From Candidatus Termititenax aidoneus (GTDB taxonomy: Bacteria > Margulisbacteria > Termititenacia > Termititenacales > Termititenacaceae), in the NCBI GenBank assembly GCA_003864455.1, contig BGZN01000005.1, positions 9,280 to 73,279 on the forward strand: a stretch of 64,000 bases of DNA, in the 5' to 3' direction. Of this stretch, positions 28,205 through 38,411 are shown one piece after another. Position 1 is the stretch's first letter, and each line of letters begins with the position of its first letter. Under the pieces are notes generated by a model. That model made no database searches and was not told the origin of the DNA. It worked only from the letters and a program-made list of their open reading frames with translations. Position numbers and translations under genes: made by a program.

Positions 28205-30271
28205 ATGACCGATCTCCACACCGATATTCAGTATTTAAAAGGCGTCGGCCCGGCGTTGGCTAAAAAATTCCAGAAACTCGGCCTGACCAAAGTAGGCGAC
28301 CTGCTTTATTATTTTCCGCGCAGTTACGTTGACCGCAGCAAGATCCAGCGTTCCGGCGAACTGGCCGCTTACGCCGGACAGCCGATTCTTTTGCGCGGCA
28401 GGATCACGCGGGTAAATATCAATCAGCCGCGGCCGCGTTTTTATGTGCTGCAGGCGGAAATCCAGGACGGCGACGGAATTTTTTGCGCCGTTTGGTTCAA
28501 TCAAAAATTTTTGGCCAAAACTTTGGCCGAGGGCACGGAAATTTTGGTGTCCGGTAAAGTTGTTTACAATAATTACAGCCGGCGCTGGCAGGTCGAAACT
28601 GACGATTACGAAATTATCACGCCGGCTTACCGCGCCGGCATCACGCCTTTTTACGCGCTGACCGAGGGTCTGACCCAAAAAAAACTCCGGCAAACCGTCC
28701 GTTTGGCGCTGGAATACTTGCCGTTTTTGGCCGATCCTCTGCCGCCAGCGCTGAAAACAAAATATACGCAGGCCGATTTGCCGGCGGCTGTGCGCGAACT
28801 GCATTTTCCCGTGAAACGCGACGCCTGGCGGCAGGCGCATAAACGTCTGGTCTTTGACGAGTTTTTTTACGTGGAGTTAGGCGCGGCCTTGCGTTACGCC
28901 CGCAGCAAAACGGAATTAAACGGCATTCGTTTTCAAGCGTCCGGCGCGCTGCTGGAAACTTATTACCGGAGTTTGCCGTACCAGTTTACCGCCGCGCAAA
29001 AACGCGTCATCGCCGAGGTGCTGGACGATATGGCCGCGCCTAAACCCATGAACCGCCTGGTGCAGGGCGATGTCGGCTCGGGTAAAACCGACGTAGCTAT
29101 CGCCGCTTTGCTTTGCGCCGTGCAGTCCGGCTATCAGGCCGCGCTCATGGTGCCGACGGAAGTGCTGGCCGAGCAGCATCTGGCCAAAATCGCCGCGCGT
29201 CTGGCCGCGCTTGGCGTCAAAGTCGGCGCTTTGCTCGGCAAACACACATCTTCCGAAAAAAAAGAAATTTACCGCCAGTTGGCTTCCGGTGAATGCCAGA
29301 TCGTTATCGGCACGCAGGCAGTCATTCAGGAAAAAGTGGTTTTTCAAAAACTGGGTTTTGTCATTATCGACGAACAGCACCGTTTCGGCGTGGTGCAGCG
29401 GCAATTATTAAAAACCAAGAGCGCGGAAAATATCGATTTGCTGGTCATGACCGCCACGCCGATACCGCGCAGCCTGGCTTTGACGATTTACGGTGATCTC
29501 GACCGGTCGGTCATCGACGAAATGCCGCCGGGACGCACACCGGTTAAAACTTATCATGTGCCGCCGCGCGACCGCCGGCGTGTGCTGGAATTTTTGCGCC
29601 AGCATCTGCGGCAGGGCGAGCAGGCCTACATTATTTATCCGCTGGTCGAGGAGTCGGAAAAGATCGATCTGCAGGCCGCGGCCGAATCCTACGCGCAATT
29701 GGTGAAAATTTTTCCCGAATACCGGCTCGGACTTTTGCACGGCCGCCTGAAAAGTGCGGAAAAAGAAGAGATTATGCGCCGTTTTCGGGCTCAAGAGTTG
29801 CAGGTTTTAGTCTCAACTACAGTGATCGAAGTCGGCGTTGATGTGCCCAATGCGACAGTGATGATCATCGAAAACGCCGAGCGTTTTGGCCTGGCGCAGC
29901 TGCATCAGCTCCGCGGCCGGGTGGGGCGCGGCCGGCAGGAAGCGTTTTGTTTTTTAGTCGCTGCGCTCAAATCCGCGGACAGCAGGAAAAGGATTAACGC
30001 CATGGTCGAAACGACGGACGGCTTCAAGCTGGCGGAAATCGATTTGCAGATCCGCGGTCCGGGTGATTTTACCGGCGTGGCGCAATCCGGTTTTCCCGAC
30101 TTGCTTTTGGCTGATTTAGTCAAAGATGAGGCGTTGCTGCAAACCGCGCGCGCCGCGGCTTTCGCGCTGATCGAGCAGGACGCGCGTCTATCCCGGCCGG
30201 AGCATGCTTTGCTCCGCGCCGAGCTGCGCCGCCGCAGCCGCGGGCTGATCGACTATATTTTGCTGAATTAA
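28205..30271 (+). CDS. recG: ATP-dependent DNA helicase RecG
   Basis: It begins at the internal ATG at 28205 (MTDLHTDIQYLKGVGP). Helicase motifs (GDVGSGKT, DEQHRFG) and a wedge domain are present. Confidence 0.9.
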   Translation: MTDLHTDIQYLKGVGPALAKKFQKLGLTKVGDLLYYFPRSYVDRSKIQRSGELAAYAGQPILLRGRITRVNINQPRPRFYVLQAEIQDGDGIFCAVWFNQKFLAKTLAEGTEILVSGKVVYNNYSRRWQVETDDYEIITPAYRAGITPFYALTEGLTQKKLRQTVRLALEYLPFLADPLPPALKTKYTQADLPAAVRELHFPVKRDAWRQAHKRLVFDEFFYVELGAALRYARSKTELNGIRFQASGALLETYYRSLPYQFTAAQKRVIAEVLDDMAAPKPMNRLVQGDVGSGKTDVAIAALLCAVQSGYQAALMVPTEVLAEQHLAKIAARLAALGVKVGALLGKHTSSEKKEIYRQLASGECQIVIGTQAVIQEKVVFQKLGFVIIDEQHRFGVVQRQLLKTKSAENIDLLVMTATPIPRSLALTIYGDLDRSVIDEMPPGRTPVKTYHVPPRDRRRVLEFLRQHLRQGEQAYIIYPLVEESEKIDLQAAAESYAQLVKIFPEYRLGLLHGRLKSAEKEEIMRRFRAQELQVLVSTTVIEVGVDVPNATVMIIENAERFGLAQLHQLRGRVGRGRQEAFCFLVAALKSADSRKRINAMVETTDGFKLAEIDLQIRGPGDFTGVAQSGFPDLLLADLVKDEALLQTARAAAFALIEQDARLSRPEHALLRAELRRRSRGLIDYILLN

Positions 30272-30286
30272 GGAGATTATTTATAT

Positions 30287-30817
30287 ATGAGAATTATCGC
30301 CGGACAATACAAACGCCGTCTGCTGGATTTTCCGAAAAACAATCCGGACTTGCGCCCGACCAAAGATCTGGTCAAGGAAGCATTGTTTTCGATCATCGGC
30401 GCGCGTGTCGTCGGCGCGCAGTTTTTGGATCTTTATGCTGGCGTCGGTTCGATCGGTTTGGAAGCGGTCAGCCGCGGCGCGCGCGAAGTGGTTTTTATTG
30501 ACCGGGACACGCGGTATATTCAGGCCAATATTAAAAAACTCGGCTGTGAAAATACACGGGTCTACCGCAATGACGTGCCGCGCGCGCTTCAGATTTTGGC
30601 GGCCAGAAAAGAAAATTTTGAGATTATTTTTCTTGACCCGCCGTATCAGCAGGGACTGCTTGCGGTTTCCGCCTGCTTTGCTATACTAAAACCCGCTGGT
30701 TTGCTGATTGCCGAAACCGCGGCAGTCCGCACACCGGAATTGCCGCCGGACGCGCGTATCACGGACGAACGGTGTTACGGCTCGGCTAAAATATTATTTT
30801 TGGAGAAAAACTTTTGA
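30287..30817 (+). CDS. rsmD: 16S rRNA (guanine966-N2)-methyltransferase RsmD
   Basis: It carries RsmD motifs (LDLYAGVGSIGLEAVSRGA, IFLDPPY). Confidence 0.85.
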   Translation: MRIIAGQYKRRLLDFPKNNPDLRPTKDLVKEALFSIIGARVVGAQFLDLYAGVGSIGLEAVSRGAREVVFIDRDTRYIQANIKKLGCENTRVYRNDVPRALQILAARKENFEIIFLDPPYQQGLLAVSACFAILKPAGLLIAETAAVRTPELPPDARITDERCYGSAKILFLEKNF

Positions 30818-31290
30818 GAAAAGCGATTTACCCGGGGTCTTTTGACCCGATTACCAACGGCCATCTCGACATTATTGCGCGCGCTGCCAAGATTTTTGAT
30901 GAAATAATTGTCGCGGTGCTGCACAATGATGACAAGCATCATTTGTTCCCGATAGAGGAGCGTCTGCGTATCCTGCAGGAAACCCTGGCGCATATTCCCA
31001 ATGTATCGCTCCGCACTTTCAATGGCTTGCTGGTCGATTTTGCCGCGGAGTGCGGTACTAATTTGGTTATTCGCGGCCTGCGTATGGTGTCCGATTTTGA
31101 CTACGAATTTCAAATGACGCTGACCAATCGCCAACTCAAAAGCGATCTGGAAACAGTTTTTCTGATGACCGATGCGGTGTATTCATTTTTGTCGTCGAGC
31201 GTGGTGCGGCAAATTGCTGGCTATCACGGCAAGATCGAGCATTTGGTGCCGCCGGCTTCGGCGCTGGCTTTGCGCCAAAAATTTGCTTGA
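30814..31290 (+). CDS. coaD: phosphopantetheine adenylyltransferase
   Basis: The N-terminus AIYPGSFDPITNGHLDII is typical of CoaD. It overlaps the rsmD stop. Confidence 0.9.
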   Translation: MRKAIYPGSFDPITNGHLDIIARAAKIFDEIIVAVLHNDDKHHLFPIEERLRILQETLAHIPNVSLRTFNGLLVDFAAECGTNLVIRGLRMVSDFDYEFQMTLTNRQLKSDLETVFLMTDAVYSFLSSSVVRQIAGYHGKIEHLVPPASALALRQKFA

Positions 31291-31330
31291 ACTGCCAGTT
31301 TGGTGTTATGATTGACCTCGGGGGTATTTC

Positions 31331-31732
31331 ATGGAAACATTGGGCTTGATCGAGGAAATTGTCGCGTACATTTCCAACGCGCCCAAAGCGCCTTTTTCTA
31401 AAAATAAAATTATTGCGGAAGAACAGCGTTTGCTGGATTTTCTGGAAAAGCTTAAACTATTGGTGCAAACCGAAGGCCAGGCCGCGCGGCGGGCGGTAAA
31501 TGTGCCGCAATTGAAACCGTTGCGCAAAGAGCAGTACGACCCCAAAGCTTTTGGCGCGGAAGGCGAACCGCTGATCCGCCAGGCCAAACAAAAAGCTGAC
31601 GCGCTGACCCACGAGGCTGACGATTACGCCGATCAGGTTTTGGCGCATTTACAGGTCGTGATTGCCAAATGGGAGCGCACTTTACGCAATGGCCGGGAAG
31701 TACTAAAAAAACGGCGGGAGGACAGTAAATAA
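31331..31732 (+). CDS. hypothetical coiled-coil protein (133 aa)
   Basis: The ORF sits in an operon context between coaD and rph. No domain was recognised. Confidence 0.4.
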   Translation: METLGLIEEIVAYISNAPKAPFSKNKIIAEEQRLLDFLEKLKLLVQTEGQAARRAVNVPQLKPLRKEQYDPKAFGAEGEPLIRQAKQKADALTHEADDYADQVLAHLQVVIAKWERTLRNGREVLKKRREDSK

Positions 31733-32439
31733 TGCGGCCGGATAAACGTCAAAATAATGAAATGCGCAAGGCGGAAATTACGCCTAACTTCACAAAAAAT
31801 GCTACTGGTTCGGCGCTTGTCGTGATGGGAGATACGAAAGTTATTTGCACGGCTTCGGTCGAGGAAAAAGTCCCGTCTTTTCTGCGCGGACAGGGCCAGG
31901 GCTGGCTGACCGCCGAATACGGCATGCTGCCCGGTGCGGCAAATGAGCGGGTAGCCCGCGACAGATACAAGGTCGGCGGCCGGACTATGGAAATACAGCG
32001 TTTGATTGGCCGGGCTTTGCGAGCGGCGATAGATCTGCAAAAACTCGGCGAGCGGACGCTTACTCTGGACTGCGATGTGCTGCAGGCGGACGGCGGTACG
32101 CGCACCGCTTCGATCACTGGCGCTTTTGTGGCTTTGCGTCTGGCGGTCAATAAATTGCTAGCTGAAGGCAAAGTCCTGGTTGATCCTATTATCGACAGCG
32201 TGGCGGCGATTTCGGCCGGTATTGTGGACGGCGAAGCGCGGCTGGATTTAATGTATCTTGAGGACAGCGCCGCGGAAGTTGACCTGAATGTTGTCATGAC
32301 CGGCTCCGGTCAATTGGTGGAAGTGCAGGGCACCGGCGAGCACGGCACATTTACACGTGAGCAATTAAATCAACTGCTCGATCTCGGCGCCCAAGGCGTG
32401 GCGGAACTGACCAAATTACAGAAAAAAACGCTGGCTTAA
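31732..32439 (+). CDS. rph: ribonuclease PH
   Basis: RNase PH features are present ([18 protein letters not shown]...LTAEYGMLP). Confidence 0.9.
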   Translation: MRPDKRQNNEMRKAEITPNFTKNATGSALVVMGDTKVICTASVEEKVPSFLRGQGQGWLTAEYGMLPGAANERVARDRYKVGGRTMEIQRLIGRALRAAIDLQKLGERTLTLDCDVLQADGGTRTASITGAFVALRLAVNKLLAEGKVLVDPIIDSVAAISAGIVDGEARLDLMYLEDSAAEVDLNVVMTGSGQLVEVQGTGEHGTFTREQLNQLLDLGAQGVAELTKLQKKTLA

Positions 32440-32506
32440 TTAGCGTCAAATTAATTACGCCGCAATTGAATGCTAAAAAAATAAAGCGCCTTAAACAAAT
32501 TTAAAA

Positions 32507-32536
32507 AACGCCGGAATTTACTCCGGCGTTTCTTTG
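32507..32536. terminator. bidirectional intrinsic terminator between convergent rph and glnN
   Basis: A 9-bp stem AACGCCGGA / TCCGGCGTT with a 6-nt loop is preceded by an A-run and followed by TCTTT. Confidence 0.5.
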
Positions 32537-32559
32537 GCGGCGCATTTAACGCAGCCTGT

Positions 32560-34677
32560 TTAGAGCTTAAAAAGCATGTCGCCGTAAGTCGGCACCGGCC
32601 AGAGCGCGGCTGGAGTGATAATTTCCAGCGCGTCCACATCTTCACGCAAAGCAGCCAGAGCCGCGAACACTTCGTCACGGGCGATGGTGGCCTGATCCGT
32701 GGCATCGCCAGCGGCTTTGGCTTTGGCGGCGGCGGTTTCCAGAACCGAGGTTTTTTTGTCGATGGCCTCCAGCAGTTTGCTGACCTTGCCCAGCAAGGCT
32801 TCTTGTACTTTGGAGGAAACCCCGGCTTCTTTGACAACCTTGATCTGTTTGGCTAATTTAGCGGCAAGTTTCAGCGCGGTCGGTATATACAGCGTCCGGC
32901 TCATCTTGCTGGCGCACAGTGCTTCGATATTGATGTGTTTGTAATACTGCTCGACATATATTTCGTAACGGGAATGCAGTTCCTCTTTGGTTAGCACGCC
33001 GTATTTTTCGAACAATTTTTGCGCTTTGGGTGTCAGATAGGCTTTCAAAGCGTCGACCGAATTTTTCACATTGGGCAGGCCGCGCTTCCCGGCTTCTTGC
33101 GGCCATTCTTCAGTGTAGCCGTTGCCGTTAAAAATCACGCGGCCGTGTTTTTCGATGACTTCCTTGACGTAAGCGGCGACTTCCGTGTTCACGTCTTTGG
33201 CTTTTTCCAGACGGTTGGCCAATTCGTCCAGCGCTTCAGCCACAATGGTGTTCAGAGCCACATTGGGACCGGAAATCGAGGCCGAAGAACCGACCATACG
33301 AAACTCAAATTTATTGCCGGTGAAAGCAAAAGGCGAAGTGCGGTTGCGGTCAGAGTTATCCAGCGGCAGAGCCGGCAAAGTGTCCACGCCGATTTTTAAA
33401 AATTCTTTGCCGCCGGTTTTTACTTTTTTGCCGGAAGCGATGCCAAATAAAACTTCCGTCAGCAACTCGCCCAAGAAAATCGAGATGATTCCGGGAGGCG
33501 CTTCATTAGCGCCCAGACGATGATCATTGCCACTGGTGGCGCAGGTCGCGCGCAGTATATCGGCGTGCGTGTCGACGGCTTTGATGACCGCGGCGCAAAA
33601 AGCCAAAAACTGCTCGTTTTCTTCCGGCGTCTTGCCCGGCTCCAGCAGATTTTGGCCGTCGTCCGTGGACAGCGACCAGTTGTTGTGCTTGCCGTTGCCG
33701 TTGATGCCGGCGTAAGGTTTTTCGTGGAGCAGGCAGACCATCTCGTGGCGCAGGGCGATTTTTTGAATAGTCTCCATCAGGAGTTGATTGTGGTCGGCGG
33801 CGATATTGGTCGTAGAAAACACCGGCGCGATTTCGAACTGGCTGGGCGCTACTTCATTGTGTTTGGTCTTGGCGAGAATGCCCATTTTCCAGAGTTCAAT
33901 GTCCAGGTCTTTCATGAATGCGGACACGCGGTCTTTGATCGAGCCAAAATATTGGTCTTCCAGTTCCTGGCCTTTGGGCGACGGCGCGCCGAATAAAGTG
34001 CGTCCAGACATGATCAGGTCGAGGCGCTCCAGATAATATTTTTTGTCCACGAGAAAATATTCCTGCTCCGGACCGACGGTCGAAAGCACGGCAGACGCGG
34101 TCTTATTGCCAAAAGTTTTCAGCACGCGCAAAGCCTGTTTGGACACGGCGCTCATGGAGCGCAGCAGCGGAGTTTTTTTGTCCAGCGCGTGGCCGGTGTA
34201 GGAACAGAACGCCGTCGGTATGCACAGCGTAACATCGCCGGCCGCATCGGTCTTCAAGAAAACCGGCGAGGTAACGTCCCAGGCCGTGTAACCGCGTGCC
34301 TCAAATGTCGCGCGCAAACCGCCGCTGGGAAAAGACGAAGCGTCCGGCTCACCTTTGATGAGTTGTTTGCCGGAAAATTCCATAATAATACCGCCGTCCT
34401 CGGTCGGGTTGATGAATGAATCGTGTTTCTCCGCGGTGATATTGGTCAGCGGCTGAAACCAATGCGTGTAATGCGACGCGCCTTTTTCGATAGCCCAGTC
34501 TTTGATCGCGTTGGCGACAACATCGGCGACGTCAGCCGTCAGCTCGGACTGTCCGGCCAGCACTTTTTTCAACGCCTTGTAAGTGTCTTTGGGCAGACGC
34601 TCTTTCATCACCTTGTCATTGAACACGTTAGAGCCGAATAACTCCGTAATATCTGGTTTTTTTTCGCAGCAGCCCAT
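32560..34677 (-). CDS. glnN: glutamine synthetase type III
   Basis: The 705-aa length and GSIII-like sequence (N-terminal [21 protein letters not shown], catalytic-domain motifs) support the call. Confidence 0.85.
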   Translation of the reverse strand: MGCCEKKPDITELFGSNVFNDKVMKERLPKDTYKALKKVLAGQSELTADVADVVANAIKDWAIEKGASHYTHWFQPLTNITAEKHDSFINPTEDGGIIMEFSGKQLIKGEPDASSFPSGGLRATFEARGYTAWDVTSPVFLKTDAAGDVTLCIPTAFCSYTGHALDKKTPLLRSMSAVSKQALRVLKTFGNKTASAVLSTVGPEQEYFLVDKKYYLERLDLIMSGRTLFGAPSPKGQELEDQYFGSIKDRVSAFMKDLDIELWKMGILAKTKHNEVAPSQFEIAPVFSTTNIAADHNQLLMETIQKIALRHEMVCLLHEKPYAGINGNGKHNNWSLSTDDGQNLLEPGKTPEENEQFLAFCAAVIKAVDTHADILRATCATSGNDHRLGANEAPPGIISIFLGELLTEVLFGIASGKKVKTGGKEFLKIGVDTLPALPLDNSDRNRTSPFAFTGNKFEFRMVGSSASISGPNVALNTIVAEALDELANRLEKAKDVNTEVAAYVKEVIEKHGRVIFNGNGYTEEWPQEAGKRGLPNVKNSVDALKAYLTPKAQKLFEKYGVLTKEELHSRYEIYVEQYYKHINIEALCASKMSRTLYIPTALKLAAKLAKQIKVVKEAGVSSKVQEALLGKVSKLLEAIDKKTSVLETAAAKAKAAGDATDQATIARDEVFAALAALREDVDALEIITPAALWPVPTYGDMLFKL

Positions 34678-34920
34678 GATTACCTCCTAAAATTTTTTAA
34701 ATACCAAATCCTGCCTCAAGTTTAACACGCTTTATGCCAAGCCTAAAAAATGGTTTAAATAAGCCAAAAATAGTAAAAAATAGAGTTTTGGCATAACAAA
34801 AATGTATGTTTTTTTAGAAAAAAGATACAGAAATGTTGGGCAATCTGGTAAATTTTTGCAATTTTCCGGTCAAACTAGCGATAACTTAATATAAATAAAC
34901 CAGGCAAGGAACAGGTAACT

Positions 34921-36972
34921 ATGTATAGGAAAATTATCATCGAAAAAGAAAATGTGGCTGTCGGCGCGCAATGGCAGCCGGACGCGCCGCTGAAGCGAAG
35001 AGAGTATTGGCCACCCGAAAGTACATTGTATGCCCTGCGCGAGTATGTACAAGCCGGCAATACGAACCTATTATCAAGATACAGCGATAAAGAATTTGAT
35101 ATTGATGGTAAAGAAAAAACAATAATGCACAAAGAATTGTATAAAAAATGTAGTGGATTTTTGGAAAGTTACGAAAATCGTAGCAAGGACTATCAGGAAC
35201 GATACAAAGATGAGTATATAGACATGTTAAATCTCTGGAATACTCTGGAGGGCAACAAAGGAGAAGATTGGCCACCCGAAAAGACATTGTATGCCCTGCG
35301 CGAGTATGTACAAGCCGGTAATACGAACGTGCTATCACAAAATAGAGATAAAGAATTTTCATATACAGATATTGATGGTAAAGAAAAAACAATAGCGCAC
35401 GGAAAATTGCGTAATAAATGTGATAGTTTTTTGAAAAACTACGAAAAATCTAGTAAGGACTATCAGGAACGATACAAAGATATATATGTAGATATGCTGA
35501 ATCTCTGGAATAATCTGAGAGGCAACAAAGGAGAAAGTTGGCCGTCCAAAAGAACATTGTATGTTCTGCGCGAGTATATACAAGCCGGCAATGCGAAAAT
35601 ACCACTACAACACAGCAACAAAAATTTTTCATATACAGATATTGATAGTAAAGAAAAAACAATAACACACGGAAAATTGTATGAAAAATGTACTACTTTT
35701 TTGATAGGCTACAGAAAATACAGTAAGGATTATCAGGAGAAATACAAAAAAGATGAGTATGTATATATAGATATGTTGAATCTCTGGAATACTCTGGAGG
35801 GCAACAAAGGAGAAGATTGGCCACCCGAAAAGACATTGTATGCCCTGCGCGAGTATCTACAGGCCGGCAATACGAACAGGCCATTAAAATCCAGCGACAA
35901 AGAATTTTCATATACGGATATTGATGATAAAGAAAAAACACTAACGCACAAAGAATTGTATGGAAAATGTTATACATTTTTGAGAAACTACAAAAAAAAT
36001 AATAGTAAGGACTATCAGGAACGATACAAAGAGATATATATAGATATGCTGAATCTCTGGAATAGTCTAAAAAGCAAGAAGCGGCTAGAGCAAAATAGTA
36101 ATGCCAGAGCCGCTTACCCCCACGCCAAGAAATCCAAAAATTCTCGTCATCTCGGCTCAGCCAAATACACCGGCCAAAAGCGTGTCCTGTTGTCCCATGA
36201 ACCCCGCCGGATAATTAATTATGCCAATCCGTTATCCGTCGGTACAGCCATATTGAACGGCAGATTTGAAAAAGACCGGACAAATATCGCCAACCCCCGC
36301 GGGCTGGACACGGATACCACGCCAAAGCATGACCTGCAGTACCCATCGGAGCGGAGCTTTACGGATCAAGAGGCGGTAGAGACGACAGTTTATGCCGACA
36401 TCCGTGATCTGCTCCGTTGTGTAGAGAGCAAAACCAATTTCCATAAAACTCCCTCTCGGCGTAAAACTCCGCGTGATCCAGAAATACATAACGCCGTGCC
36501 GAAATTACACAAAATAACTGAAGCGGAGGATTTGATCTTGAAATTGTCTGAAAAAACCGGCAAGGAAGACAGCGATTTACTGCTGGCTGCTTATGAAGTT
36601 TCCGCTGCAGAGCCGTATAATATCGAAAAGGCTAAAGCGCTGATGGACATACTGAAAGATTTGAAAATTAAATACGATGAAGATTTGCGTGTAGCGTACT
36701 GGTTAGTTTTTAATGCCAAATACAAAGATATTTCTAATTGCCTAAATGAATTGCTGGACGCTGCGGACTCAAAATCTGAACGTTATTCTCTGATAAAAGA
36801 GACCGCGCATAGACTTGATGTTTTAAAAATGTGCGATAGGTATCATATTACCAGGGATACGGGTGACTATTTTAGCAGGTCAGTGCGGTTTATTCGGATC
36901 AATCTGTTAAAGCTTTTACCGGAGCTTCAGCAAACTATTGCCAGTGAAGCGGAAAAGCTAATCAATGATTAA
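34921..36972 (+). CDS. tandem-repeat protein, paralog A (4 x roughly 88-aa WPPEKTLYALREYVQAGNTN... repeats plus a unique C-terminal domain)
   Basis: The repeats run from about 35000 to 36080. The N-terminal 25 aa and the 5' leader are conserved with the gene at 38412. Confidence 0.65.
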   Translation: MYRKIIIEKENVAVGAQWQPDAPLKRREYWPPESTLYALREYVQAGNTNLLSRYSDKEFDIDGKEKTIMHKELYKKCSGFLESYENRSKDYQERYKDEYIDMLNLWNTLEGNKGEDWPPEKTLYALREYVQAGNTNVLSQNRDKEFSYTDIDGKEKTIAHGKLRNKCDSFLKNYEKSSKDYQERYKDIYVDMLNLWNNLRGNKGESWPSKRTLYVLREYIQAGNAKIPLQHSNKNFSYTDIDSKEKTITHGKLYEKCTTFLIGYRKYSKDYQEKYKKDEYVYIDMLNLWNTLEGNKGEDWPPEKTLYALREYLQAGNTNRPLKSSDKEFSYTDIDDKEKTLTHKELYGKCYTFLRNYKKNNSKDYQERYKEIYIDMLNLWNSLKSKKRLEQNSNARAAYPHAKKSKNSRHLGSAKYTGQKRVLLSHEPRRIINYANPLSVGTAILNGRFEKDRTNIANPRGLDTDTTPKHDLQYPSERSFTDQEAVETTVYADIRDLLRCVESKTNFHKTPSRRKTPRDPEIHNAVPKLHKITEAEDLILKLSEKTGKEDSDLLLAAYEVSAAEPYNIEKAKALMDILKDLKIKYDEDLRVAYWLVFNAKYKDISNCLNELLDAADSKSERYSLIKETAHRLDVLKMCDRYHITRDTGDYFSRSVRFIRINLLKLLPELQQTIASEAEKLIND

Positions 36973-37020
36973 TTTCACACCCCCCAATCCCTGGGATACC
37001 TAAACTCGCGCTCAGAGGAT

Positions 37021-37296
37021 TTGCTGGAGGATAAAATCGAAATAAAACGTTTGAGCGCTTTGGTAAATGAGGCTCTGACTTTACTGCCCGATCAGAGGAG
37101 AGAGATTGTCGGTTTTTCTTTTGGTCTGGAAGGCCGCCCGAAAATTCCCATGACAGAAATTGCGGAGCATTTGCATATCAACATTGACCAGGCCAATAAG
37201 GAATTAGCCGAGGCTCTAAAAACAGTAGGCGGAATTGTGGAGTTTAATTTAAATTATTCAGAGAACGCTTTGCCAAATCCGGGACAATTCTTTTAA
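37021..37296 (+). CDS. sigma-70 region-4-like HTH fragment (possible gene remnant), TTG start
   Basis: LPDQRREIVGFSFGLEGRPKIPMTEIAEHLHINIDQANKELAEAL resembles sigma region 4. There is no region 2 and no ATG start. It overlaps the convergent CN-hydrolase 3' end. Confidence 0.3.
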   Translation: MLEDKIEIKRLSALVNEALTLLPDQRREIVGFSFGLEGRPKIPMTEIAEHLHINIDQANKELAEALKTVGGIVEFNLNYSENALPNPGQFF

Positions 37297-38067
37297 GACA
37301 ACTTCCGGCCGCTCGTCGCGGACGAAAACCGACTGCTGTCTAGCCTCGCGATTTTCCGGCAGATCGAGGAGCAGTGTTTCGGGTTTTAATTCTGCCGCGC
37401 GGCCGAGCGGCTGTCCGTCATCGGTGTAAACCACGCTGCCGCCCCAAAAAGTCACACCGTCTTCCACGCCAGCGCGATTGCAGTAAAGCACATTCACGGC
37501 CAGATTTTCCGCGATGCCACTCTGGATGTTCTGCCACTGTTTCTCAATGCCGGCGCGGTAAGGCGACGAGGAGATAATCACGACATTTTCCGCGCCGGCG
37601 CTCGCCGCCAGATACGCGCTGGAAAAATGCCAGGCGTCTTCGCAGATCAATATGGCGGTTGGGCCTAAGACTGACGCAAAAGTCTGGAACTGGCTGCCGG
37701 CGCTGAAGTAGCGTTTTTCGTCAAACATGCCGTAAGTCGGCAGATAAACTTTGCGGTGCGTGTGGACAAGCTCTCCGCCGCTCAAGTAAAACGCGGCATT
37801 GTAGGCGCGCGAATTTTGGCTTTCGATCGACCCCAGGATTATATCGATGCCGGCGCTTAATTTTTTGAGTTTGGGCAGATATTCGTCCGCGCCGGGCAGC
37901 AGGTCAAACACTTGATCTTTGAGCAAATAGCCGGTCAGCGCCAGCTCGGGGAAAATTATCAAACGCGCGCCGTTTTGTCGCGCCGCCAGGATTTCTTTTT
38001 CCAGCAAAGCGTAATTGGCGGCCAGATTGCCAAGCGTGGGATAGATCTGCGCCAGCGCGATTTTCAT
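37258..38067 (-). CDS. carbon-nitrogen hydrolase (nitrilase-superfamily amidohydrolase)
   Basis: It begins MKIALAQIYPTLGNL and carries CN-hydrolase motifs (FPELALTGY, ILICEDAWH). Confidence 0.85.
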   Translation of the reverse strand: MKIALAQIYPTLGNLAANYALLEKEILAARQNGARLIIFPELALTGYLLKDQVFDLLPGADEYLPKLKKLSAGIDIILGSIESQNSRAYNAAFYLSGGELVHTHRKVYLPTYGMFDEKRYFSAGSQFQTFASVLGPTAILICEDAWHFSSAYLAASAGAENVVIISSSPYRAGIEKQWQNIQSGIAENLAVNVLYCNRAGVEDGVTFWGGSVVYTDDGQPLGRAAELKPETLLLDLPENREARQQSVFVRDERPEVVLKELSRIWQSVL

Positions 38068-38411
38068 GACGTTAGTTTAGCGCATCGCGCTTTTATTTGC
38101 CATGCGGTGCGCAAAAGAGGCCGGTTTATCCGGCCTCTTCTTCCAGTTTTATCAGGGCAGTAAAACGGAATTGCCAGTTAACAAACAATTTTCTGGCCAG
38201 GTTGAAATGATTTGAAAAATAGGGTAATTTAGCCAAAAATCAGCCGGTTTCTGTGGCAATATATTACAATAATGTAATATATTATATATAATCACGCAAA
38301 AATGTAGTATTTGTTATTTGGACAAAATTTTGTGCAAATAAAAAATCTGCACCATTCCAACCGAACTGACGATAACTTAACATAGATAAACCAAGCAAGG
38401 AGTAAGTAACT

